Origin: Aduncisulcus paluster
Taxonomy: Eukaryota
Assembly: GCA_024181965.1 (NCBI GenBank)
Contig: BQXS01012764.1
Location: 1 to 42,201 of the forward strand
Length of the DNA stretch: 42,201 nucleotides
Direction of reading: 5' to 3'
Both the position numbers and the translations under genes were made by a program. The number at the start of each line of letters is the position of its first letter. Position 1 is the stretch's first letter. The notes under the pieces were generated by a model. It worked only from the letters and a program-made list of their open reading frames with translations, was not told the origin of the DNA and made no database searches. Shown here piece by piece: positions 1-9,051 of this stretch.

Positions 1-2963
1 ATACAATGTTCTATCTTATATACAAGAAAAATGATTCATGTGTCGATGGTCAATTGTTTCTCACTAACACTAATTATATCCTGAATTTCGTTCAGAGTTG
101 TTCCCAATTGTTGAATATTGGACCTGGAATCGCTGCTTTGGGAGGCATTTCCAAGCGTGTTAGCGACATGGCAAGTGTGCTTGGAATCTTCTCTAACTCT
201 TCTTCTTCTTCCTCTTCTTCCTCTTCTTCTGGAATGGGGAGTTCAAGTGCCAAGGGATCAAAAGGAAAGAAGAAACGTTTCGATGTCAAGGAGGAAAAAG
301 TTCCTCTTTTGTCTGAAATGACAAGTGAAGATTTAAGATACAATGGGGATGAAATGGGTGAACTCGGTGATATTTCTGGAGCTTCTGGAAGGATGAGCAC
401 TGCTGGACGTGTTGATCTCTCTCTCCCAAGGTCTTCCGTTGCTATCCACCACCCAGAGAAATGTGGATGGTTTGATGTCACTGTTTTGAATCCAAACAAT
501 GTGATTCTCGTTCGGAATTTCACGTATGAAGTGGAAGCAGGGGAGAGTGTTGTTATTGTTGGTCCAAGTGGATGTGGTAAGAGTAGTCTATTGAGAGTTC
601 TCGCTGGAATCTGGCCAGTCCCAGAGGGGTATTCGTCCATGCCAAAGAATGCCATGTTTGTACCTCAGACCCCTTATTTGATCAACAAGAAGCTTGCTGC
701 TGAAATCACGTATCCTCAGCCACCCCCTGAGCTTGACGAAGAGGTGTGCGGCAAAATGGAGGATATTCTCAGGATTTGTGAACTTGAGTATTTGTTGCAG
801 AGGTTCAAGCTCGACTCTATCCAACCGTGGAGTGATATTTTGAGCGGAGGTGAGAAACAGCGTCTTGGATTTGCCCGTGTGTTGTGGCACTGCCCTCGTT
901 TTGCTGTAATGGATGAATCTACGTCTGCCCTTCCGCAAGACCTTGAGGAGAGACTTCTCACAGAGATGGGTAAACTTGATATCACGATGATCAGTGTTGC
1001 GCATCGAAGGTCTGTAATTCCTTTCCACAAGAAGGTGATCGAAGTAATAACCCCTACTAATATTCATGTGCGTTCTGTTGATGAATATCTTGTTAGGCAT
1101 CCCTTGTCTGCTATTCCTCCAGTGGAACTTGTGAAAGAGACCAAATATGAAACTTCTTTGGTGACTCTTGAAAATGAGGATAGTCGACCTCAGGTTCCAC
1201 CGCCAATGGGTTTTTTAAAATCTGTTATGTTGTTGTTTTCAAAAGGTATTTCCTCGCTTGCATCTGTTGAATTTACGGCTCTTATTGTAGTTCTCTTGAT
1301 AACTATCATGGTGCCGATAACCATTTCAAACATCATTGCTGCGACCAGCAGTGTCAATAATATTGTTGATTGTGCTGATGGTGGGGATACTATCGATGTT
1401 GATTCTCTGTGGCAGGTGACTCAAGACACCATCGTGTGGTCTTTGAGTGCTTTGATCACACACTCTGTGATGGACTTCGGAGGATTAAAGTTGGGCAATT
1501 ACATGAGATTGAATTCAACAAAGGATCTTCATTCTCTTTATTTTAAAGACAATAACTTTTACAGAGTTGAAAACACCATGAAAGGCCTTGATAACAGTGA
1601 TCAAAGAATTGTTGCTGATACTTCTCTTGCCATTTATTCCATGTGTGGATCCACAGTTCCCATGAACGAGAGTCTTTTCTTTGGAAGTCAGGGTGCTTGG
1701 CTTGTCATCATTGATGTTATTGTCTTCCTCATACAACTCCTATCTATCCATGACTGGAGAATTGTCATCACCCCTATCGCATGTTTCGTTATGTTCGTTG
1801 TCATTCAAACACTCACGACTTATAAAGTGAAGGGAGCAACTGCTCATCGGCAGAAACAAGAGGGTAATTTCAGATACGTCCATTCAAGATATCGTGAATT
1901 CGCTGAGAGTATTGCTTTTTACGAAGGAGAAGCTGAATGCAGAGCTGAAGCTGAACGCAGTTTTAAACCACTTATTCAGGAACAAAAGCGTCTTGCTGGC
2001 ATCACTCTTTGGGCTTCTTTGACCAACCATTTGATCTATGAGCTTGCTGCCTCCATTCTTCCTGTTATTATGGTATATATATTCGAGCCTGAACTTGATA
2101 TCCAAAGCTTCCAGATCGTTCTTGCAGCCATTCAACAAATCTTGGCTTCATTGTGTCTTTTCCTCAATTTGGCACCTCAACTTGCAGCCTTTACGGGAAC
2201 TTTATCACGTGTTTCTCAGATGCATGCCACCCTTACCTCCATGAAGCCTCCTGAACTCAACTACTATCATAACCCTGATGCCATTACCATGAACGATGTA
2301 TCTGTCTCCACTCCAAAGGGAGAAGCTCTTGTGAAACACCTTGACATGAAAGTTGAGCAAGGAACGAAAGGTATTGTTGTCGTTGGGCCTAGTGGGGTCG
2401 GCAAGAGTAGCCTTCTTCGAGTTGTTGGTGGTCTATGGGAATTGCCAGGGAATACACGAATTGGTCGGCCTCGTGATGTTGGCAGTGGGATATTCTTTGT
2501 GCCACAGACACCGTATCTTGTGAATGGAGCCTCTCTTAGAGCTCAGATTGTATATCCTGTTCCTGAATCTCAGGTCATCGGTACTCCGGCCCATGTGTTT
2601 GTGAATGTTCTGAAGACATGTGAACTTGAGTATCTCCTCGATCGGTATGATCTCGACTCCTCCCAGCCCTGGAGCGATATTTTGAGCGGAGGTGAGAAAC
2701 AACGTCTTGGATTTGCCCGTGTGTTGTGGCACTGCCCTCGTTTTGCTGTGATGGATGAATCTACGTCTGCCCTTCCGCAAGACCTTGAGGAGAGACTTCT
2801 CACAGAGATGGGTAAACTTGATATCACGATGATCAGTGTTGCGCATCGAAGGTCTGTAATTCCTTTCCACGATGATATGTTGGAGATTACAAAAGAGGGT
2901 TGGAAATTGTTCAAACTTAAAAAAGAAAAGGAAGAAGAGGGGGATCCTGATGACCAAGAATAA
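1..2963 (+). CDS. ABC transporter subfamily D (peroxisomal fatty acyl-CoA transporter-like), full-size; visible part = end of TMD1 - NBD1 - TMD2 - NBD2; 5' end probably outside the window
   Basis: Two NBDs, with Walker A (GPSGCGKSS, GPSGVGKSS), FVPQTPY Q-loop, LSGGEKQRLGFAR signature, AVMDESTSAL Walker B and ISVAHR H-loop. The TMD between them carries ABCD-typical motifs (NSDQRI, EGNFRYVHSRYREFAESIAFYEGE = EAA-like). The first ~55 aa (IAALGGISKRVSDM) resemble the end of TMD2 (LAAFTGTLSRVSQM). The frame is open from the window edge. Confidence 0.9.
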   Translation, partial: TMFYLIYKKNDSCVDGQLFLTNTNYILNFVQSCSQLLNIGPGIAALGGISKRVSDMASVLGIFSNSSSSSSSSSSSGMGSSSAKGSKGKKKRFDVKEEKVPLLSEMTSEDLRYNGDEMGELGDISGASGRMSTAGRVDLSLPRSSVAIHHPEKCGWFDVTVLNPNNVILVRNFTYEVEAGESVVIVGPSGCGKSSLLRVLAGIWPVPEGYSSMPKNAMFVPQTPYLINKKLAAEITYPQPPPELDEEVCGKMEDILRICELEYLLQRFKLDSIQPWSDILSGGEKQRLGFARVLWHCPRFAVMDESTSALPQDLEERLLTEMGKLDITMISVAHRRSVIPFHKKVIEVITPTNIHVRSVDEYLVRHPLSAIPPVELVKETKYETSLVTLENEDSRPQVPPPMGFLKSVMLLFSKGISSLASVEFTALIVVLLITIMVPITISNIIAATSSVNNIVDCADGGDTIDVDSLWQVTQDTIVWSLSALITHSVMDFGGLKLGNYMRLNSTKDLHSLYFKDNNFYRVENTMKGLDNSDQRIVADTSLAIYSMCGSTVPMNESLFFGSQGAWLVIIDVIVFLIQLLSIHDWRIVITPIACFVMFVVIQTLTTYKVKGATAHRQKQEGNFRYVHSRYREFAESIAFYEGEAECRAEAERSFKPLIQEQKRLAGITLWASLTNHLIYELAASILPVIMVYIFEPELDIQSFQIVLAAIQQILASLCLFLNLAPQLAAFTGTLSRVSQMHATLTSMKPPELNYYHNPDAITMNDVSVSTPKGEALVKHLDMKVEQGTKGIVVVGPSGVGKSSLLRVVGGLWELPGNTRIGRPRDVGSGIFFVPQTPYLVNGASLRAQIVYPVPESQVIGTPAHVFVNVLKTCELEYLLDRYDLDSSQPWSDILSGGEKQRLGFARVLWHCPRFAVMDESTSALPQDLEERLLTEMGKLDITMISVAHRRSVIPFHDDMLEITKEGWKLFKLKKEKEEEGDPDDQE
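828..1028 (+). repeat. 201-bp intragenic repeat, copy 1 (NBD1 signature to H-loop)
   Basis: Matches 2670-2870 with 3 mismatches by eye, all synonymous (agt/agc, cag/caa, gta/gtg). Confidence 0.95.
2670..2870 (+). repeat. 201-bp intragenic repeat, copy 2 (NBD2 signature to H-loop)
   Basis: Matches 828-1028; both encode WSDILSGGEKQ...RRSVIPFH. Confidence 0.95.
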
Positions 2964-3127
2964 TCTGCTATTTAGACCTTAGTAGCAACCTTTGAATGAG
3001 ATCTCGAGTTCATAATATTGTATTATATTTGTGTGTGTTTACTTTCTACCATTAATCGAGTTTTGTCGGAATGATAATACGTATCGATATGATCGATATA
3101 TTACCTTCTGGCAGTCGGATTGTTAGT

Positions 3128-3171
3128 AATTTAATGTTAATTCAATGTTAATTTAATGTTAATTCAATGTT
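3128..3171. repeat. Minisatellite, 4 x 11 bp (AATTYAATGTT, alternating T/C)
   Basis: aatttaatgtt aattcaatgtt aatttaatgtt aattcaatgtt, lying between two convergent genes. Confidence 0.85.
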
Positions 3172-3410
3172 AAATGGAGAATTCATATTAAATCATTATG
3201 ATCTAGAATCTAGACGAAGTGATTTCTTTTTCGTTTTTAATTATTATAATGTTTCATTCAGTACTGAATGTTCAGTATTTCACTTCAAATCTAATCTAAT
3301 TCACATAATAATAAAATCTATGATAATAATTATTAGATATTTGATCCTGACAATTTATATTTGAATCGCCATAGATCGAATGGAGTTTAAATTGAATGGT
3401 GTAATCAAGG

Positions 3411-5690
3411 TCACAAATACCTTTTATAAAATCCCCATCCAAAATCTTTTTCTTTTTCTTGTGTAAGATCTATATATTCACTTCCGGATGTTGAGTGGGA
3501 ATCGTTAATAATTGTCCTTGACATAGATTCTTCTTCAGACAGAGCAGAGTATTCATAAGAAGAAGAAGAGGAAGATTCGGATTCATATGGTTTGGTAATA
3601 TCGGCTTCTGATTCTTGGATTGGTATCGGATCAACACAATCATCTTCATGCTCTCGAGAAGGTTGATCTTCTGCATTCATTACGATCGGATGAGATGAAA
3701 TGAGATCTTTGGCAGGGAGTTTCTCATTTTGTCCAAGAATAGAAAATATTCGGTCTCTTTCCAATTCAAGCTTCTTCAGCAATAAGGTCTTTTCTGGTGA
3801 AATTAAATTGGAACTTTTGGTCTGTTGAATTTCTACTAATGGTGAAGAAGATTCGCGAATTATGGATGATATTATAGGTTTTGCATTTTCTTTCCTTTTT
3901 CTTATCAAATATTGTTCTTCTTCTTTCTTTCTCCACTCTTCAATTCTTTGAATCCGCTCATTCTCTTCTTTTTCCCGTTGCACTCGTTTTTCCGTAGCTT
4001 TTAACCACCAAATTCCAAGATATCTTTTTTGAAAATCTAATTTAATTCTTGAATTCAATATTTGATACAGAATACGTAGTCTCTGTTTCCGAAGAACTGA
4101 TGCCCTCCAAATAGTTATAATGGTCCCAATATATTGATTGTCAACATATTTTTTGATTGCAAAATACTTGGATTTGAGATTACGAATATAATTCACAGAC
4201 TTTATCCAAGTATTTAGAAAATGACGAAGGAGAAAAGGTCGTTTTTGGATGGAATATTTCTTCGCAATTTTTGTTAATTTCTTATATTTTAAACCTATTT
4301 TTAGTGATTTAATTAAGGATATTGTTCTTTTTCGTATTAGTTGATCAAACAAAAAAGACATTCGTTGTTCTTTTCTAAGAGCAGCTTCTTTCCACTTAAT
4401 TAGAATATTTTTACCTGTATGTGCAATCATTGTGTCTAAAAACCAACTTCCTGCAAGTCCTCTCCTGTCATCTGATGGATATCCAGAGTCAGAGTCGGAG
4501 GTATCAACAATATAGATTCGAAAATAGCGACGTCTTTTGGCCACCATTGCAAAGGTTCTCTCAAGAATATCAGAGACTGCCCCAACAGATTCGTTGGCAC
4601 AATTATAATGGTCTTGTTGTTGACAAATGGTTTGCCTATACCATATATTAATTGCACAACAAAGATATCGATGATTCATGTGAGATCGTATGACATGTTC
4701 TCCATGCAAGAGGAGAGAATATCGAGAACGAATCGATATAAGAAAATTACGGCATTTCTTTTTAAATAATAATTCCTCATGCACCGCAGCACGACGCCAA
4801 TTTCTGGCTTGATATATCTTGTTAATCCATTTCCATAATGAAGATTTTAAAATGAAATGAGAATGGCAAATGTTAAAATAACTTTCTCTAGAGGCGAGTA
4901 ATGTCATTTTTTTCCATAATTTGAGTACTTTTCTGGCTCTGGTGGCGTCAGATGTTGATTGGAACCATTCGCCGATCAAAAGTGGTTTGGTGGGAAAAGA
5001 AAGGCAAGAATCAATCAAAATATTCTTCATTTCACGATGTAAATGAATTTGATTGGTAAAATAATGCCATAGACGGAAATATTTTTGACAAAATTTAAAA
5101 TCTTGGCGATCTTTGACAAGTTTACATGCAATTCGAATTTTAAAGGAGTGGGTAAATTTTGAACGCCATAATTTTAAAAATGAACTAAGAGTAATTTGGT
5201 TTCTGACTTTCTGCAAAATATAACAACCTTCAGCTCTCATTTCTTGGATAAGTTTATCTCTATGACTTAAAGCTAAATATTTCCACCAGATAAAAGCACT
5301 TCTACAAATTGATTCATTCTTGTGCATAATAAAATGTCGAATTCTATCCCTGAAAACGCCTTGTTGACGTCTTTCCAATAAATACCGTTGAGCTGATGTT
5401 CTCCATATTCGGAAATAGTATCTACCAATTCTAATATTTTTTTTAAATAAAAAATATCCAAGATCGCTTGAATTAATATGTCTCAATGGGATATCATATG
5501 AAGGGATTGTAGGATCTGTACTAAGGGATTCTGATGTGATGCCACTTGCATCAATAATAGGATTATATGTATATTTAATTTTATGTTTTGAATGACTTTT
5601 CTCCCCCGTATATACTGAGATGTTCTTAATTTCAGATTTCTTTCGTTTTATGGGTGATATAGGAGAAAGAGGAGCTTTAAAATGCTCCAT
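3411..5690 (-). CDS. Sfi1-like centrin-binding repeat protein (basal body/centrosome)
   Basis: Basic helical protein with about 11 recurring (F/L)xxW(R/K) motifs: RYYFRIWR, RSAFIWWK, SSFLKLWR, QKYFRLWH, RKVLKLWK, CAINIWY, NILIKWK, RHFLNTWI, GTIITIWR, RYLGIWW. The track ORF starts at TTG 5711; the first ATG is at 5690. Confidence 0.65.
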   Translation of the reverse strand: MEHFKAPLSPISPIKRKKSEIKNISVYTGEKSHSKHKIKYTYNPIIDASGITSESLSTDPTIPSYDIPLRHINSSDLGYFLFKKNIRIGRYYFRIWRTSAQRYLLERRQQGVFRDRIRHFIMHKNESICRSAFIWWKYLALSHRDKLIQEMRAEGCYILQKVRNQITLSSFLKLWRSKFTHSFKIRIACKLVKDRQDFKFCQKYFRLWHYFTNQIHLHREMKNILIDSCLSFPTKPLLIGEWFQSTSDATRARKVLKLWKKMTLLASRESYFNICHSHFILKSSLWKWINKIYQARNWRRAAVHEELLFKKKCRNFLISIRSRYSLLLHGEHVIRSHMNHRYLCCAINIWYRQTICQQQDHYNCANESVGAVSDILERTFAMVAKRRRYFRIYIVDTSDSDSGYPSDDRRGLAGSWFLDTMIAHTGKNILIKWKEAALRKEQRMSFLFDQLIRKRTISLIKSLKIGLKYKKLTKIAKKYSIQKRPFLLRHFLNTWIKSVNYIRNLKSKYFAIKKYVDNQYIGTIITIWRASVLRKQRLRILYQILNSRIKLDFQKRYLGIWWLKATEKRVQREKEENERIQRIEEWRKKEEEQYLIRKRKENAKPIISSIIRESSSPLVEIQQTKSSNLISPEKTLLLKKLELERDRIFSILGQNEKLPAKDLISSHPIVMNAEDQPSREHEDDCVDPIPIQESEADITKPYESESSSSSSYEYSALSEEESMSRTIINDSHSTSGSEYIDLTQEKEKDFGWGFYKRYL

Positions 5691-5909
5691 AAATTTGCTA
5701 TAATTGTTCAATTAATAAAAAAAAAATATTATCTATTTCGTTATGACAGGAAATGAGGTATCGAAAAAAAAAATTGAAAAATAAGACGTATTAGTTTATT
5801 ATCTATGAGTAATATTGGATGAATGAATGATTAAATCGTGAAGTTTGATATCTAATCTCATTCAAAATATCTGAAAATTGTAATATTGTTGAATTGAATT
5901 TAGATCTCT

Positions 5910-7851
5910 TCAGAGATCATCAAAGTCGTAGTCAAAGTCACCTTCGCCTGTTGGAGAACCCATTCCCTCGTAGACCTTGCTGGTGATTGGAGAGATATTC
6001 TTCTGGAGCTCCTCAAGTTGTTCCTTGAGTTCGTCGGTGGTGGCATCAGGGTTAACGGATAACCAAGAGAGAGTTTCCTCACAGTATTCTCTAACAGTGT
6101 CCTTCTCCTCATCATTGAGCTTGCCTCCAAGTTTCTCCTCATCGTCAAGCATGTTACGAGTAGTGTAGGCGAAGTTCTCGAGTTGGTTACGAGTCTCAAC
6201 CTGTTCCTTAACAAGTCTATCCTGTTCTTCGAATTCTTGAGCTTCTCTAACGAGTCTCTCGATCTCCTCATCGCTGAGACGACCAGCCTCGTTCTTGATC
6301 TCGATACTGTTGGAGTTTCCTGTTCCTTTATCGCTGGCAGACACAGTGAGGATACCATTGGTGTCAAGTTGAAGGAGACTTCGATTTGAGGCACTCCACG
6401 GGGAGCTGGGGGAATATCATTGAGGTCGAATGTTCCAAGGAGTTTGTTGTCCTTGGTCATGGATCTCTCTCCCTCGAAGACACGGATCGTCACGGTGGGC
6501 TGGTTGTCAGCGGCTGTGGTAAAGACCTGTTGCTTCTTGGTGGGGATAGCAGTGTTCCTACCAATGAGTTTGGTCATAACACCACCAGAGGTCTCAATAC
6601 CGAGAGTTAAGGGGGTGACATCGATGAGAAGAACATCGTGATCAGACTGACCAGAGAGCATGGCAGCTTGGATACTGGCTCCAAGAGCGACAGCCTCATC
6701 GGGGTTGATGTTTTTGTGGAGTCTACGGCCACCAAAGAAGTTTCTGAGAAGATCCTGGACCTTAGGGATACGAGTGGAACCACCAACAAGGACGATATCA
6801 TCAATCTCATCCTTACCAACACCTGCATCCTCAAAACACGCTCAACGGGACGGAGAGTAGCTCTGAACAAGTCAGCGTTCAACTCTTCGAACTTGGCACG
6901 AGTAAGGACCTCAGAGAAGTCAATGCCAGCGATAAGGCTGGGAATCTCAATCCTCACCTTCTGTCTGGAACTGAGTTGTCTCTTGGCGTTTTCAACCTCC
7001 TGCTTCAGACGTTGGAAGGCTCTTCCATCCTCTCTGATGTCAACACTATTACGTCTCTTGAAGGATTGGATGAAGTGATCAATAACACGCTGGTCAAAGT
7101 CTTCTCCACCAAGATGAGTATCACCGTTAGTAGCAAGAACCTCAAAGACACCGTCATCAATAGTGAGAAGGGAAACATCGAAGGTACCACCTCCAAGATC
7201 GAAGATAAGAACGTTCTTCTCCTCATCACCTCCTTTGTCAAGACCATAGGCAATGGCAGCGGCGGTAGGCTCGTTGATGATACGAAGGACATCAAGACCA
7301 GCAATACGACCGGCATCCTTGGTGGCTTGACGTTGGGCGTCGCTGAAGTAGGCAGGAACAGTGATAACAGCTTGATCAACATTCTCGCCAAGGTAATCTT
7401 CGGCAATCATCTTCATCTTAGTGAGAACCATGGCAGAAACCTCCTCTGGAGTCATCTCACGTTTCTCACCATCATCGTTGGCGATAATGAGGGGCTTTCC
7501 ACCCTTGTTAATAATTTGATATTGGAGGTTCTTGATGTCTCTCTCCAGAGATTGGTCTTTGGCTCCAAAGTTACGGCCAATGAGACGTTTGACATCATAG
7601 ATTGTGTTTTCAGGGTTGCTGGCAGCCTGATTCTTGGCAGCATCTCCAACAAGACGCTCACCATCAGAGAAAGCCACATATGAGGGGGTAATACGGTTTC
7701 CTTGGTCATTGATAATGATATCCTCTTGTCCGTCTCTGGAAATAGACACACATGAATAGGTAGTTCCAAGATCAATACCAACAGCAGCACACTGACAAGA
7801 TATGAATAAAGCACAAAGTGCTATGGCATAAAAAACGAATTTAGGGATCAT
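5910..7851 (-). CDS. HSPA5: ER luminal Hsp70 (BiP/GRP78), ~647 aa once two single-base deletions (~6832, ~6365) are corrected
   Basis: Signal peptide, then [51 protein letters not shown]. After shift 1: [15 protein letters not shown]...[25 protein letters not shown]. After shift 2: [10 protein letters not shown]. The C-terminus is FDDL. 1942 nt + 2 = 648 codons. Confidence 0.95.
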
Positions 7852-8309
7852 AGATATTCTAAGATTCTATACTATATGAGATATTGTTGCAAAAAGATCT
7901 ACAACGCTTCCAAAATAACCATATGACGACATTGTTCCAGATCAGTATGATGGAAGATAAATTGATCGAATTGATTGTGAAAAAAAATATGCAAAAATAA
8001 CATAGGATTTTTTTTCATTATAAAATTATTGGAGGTTGCCTTTAACTAAAAAGAATTGACGATTGGCCGAATCATCCTCATGAATTTGGAAACCTGATTA
8101 TTAGCTCAAAAAACGATAGGGGATGAACAAATAGTATCTTACAAAATCCAACACATGGTTTATTAGAGTGATAAAACAGATAGGTCACAGCATATGCTCG
8201 CATTGAGTAATAGGCTCAACCTCGCCAAAAAAAAATGGTGTAAAAAAGGTATTTCATAATGAATATCCGAAAAGATACATGTTAAATAATAATATGAAAG
8301 AGGAACTGA

Positions 8310-8747
8310 TCACTTCTTTGTTTTTTCATCATGATATTGATGATGAAAAATGGGAGATTTTGAAAGTTTCAATGTATTTAAAACAAACAATCTTGCAGCA
8401 GATGATCGTGAACTTGTACTTACTCGTTTTAATTCCTTCATTTTCACACGGACTGCTGATTCTTCTATTTTTTTCTTTTTAGCAACACTTACAATATCAA
8501 TCGATATTGGTGGTTCTAATGCATCAAATGATTGTGCATCTTTTGACAAAGGATCCCATATATTTCCAGGAGGAGGTAAAGACATCGTATTATACTCAAA
8601 AGGGTTTGTATCAATTGATGGCATTTCAATAGCTGAAGGAAGGGTAATATTTGAACATGGAGGAAGTGGTGCTGGGGATGAAGTCACACAGAATGGCTTA
8701 TCATGTTCTTTTTCAGATATCTCAGCGTATTCTTTATCCGAACTCAT
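8310..8747 (-). CDS. Hypothetical protein, 145 aa, Pro-rich
   Basis: ATG-initiated ORF with AT-rich flanks; no motif recognised. Confidence 0.6.
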   Translation of the reverse strand: MSSDKEYAEISEKEHDKPFCVTSSPAPLPPCSNITLPSAIEMPSIDTNPFEYNTMSLPPPGNIWDPLSKDAQSFDALEPPISIDIVSVAKKKKIEESAVRVKMKELKRVSTSSRSSAARLFVLNTLKLSKSPIFHHQYHDEKTKK

Positions 8748-9051
8748 AAAAAGACTCGAAAGTTAATTTTCAAAATTAATTAAACTCAATAATTATATTA
8801 TTTTCTTTTGATAATTTAGGATCAAAGAAATAAAGCACTATTTCTATTCTTCGAAGAATTGATAATAATAATCAATAATAAAAGGAGATCATGACTTTAT
8901 ATTTACATATTTTATAAAAATATGCTTTCAAATTTGAACTTAATCCTGAATTAGAAGGAGAAAAATAAAAGCGTCGATTTGAAGAAGAATTAGAGAAATT
9001 TATTATTATTTATTGTGTGAAAAACAATTATTATATCATATAATACATTAA

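Noticed and set aside
5977-7683. Long antisense ORFs opposite BiP (e.g. 6976-7683, 235 aa)
   Set aside because: A well-known by-product of codon bias in Hsp70 genes; no independent motifs.
5910-7851. BiP, LIG1 and PUS3 as true pseudogenes
   Set aside because: All catalytic motifs are intact and there are no in-frame stops after single-base correction. Indels are scattered across several unrelated genes, which favours consensus error.
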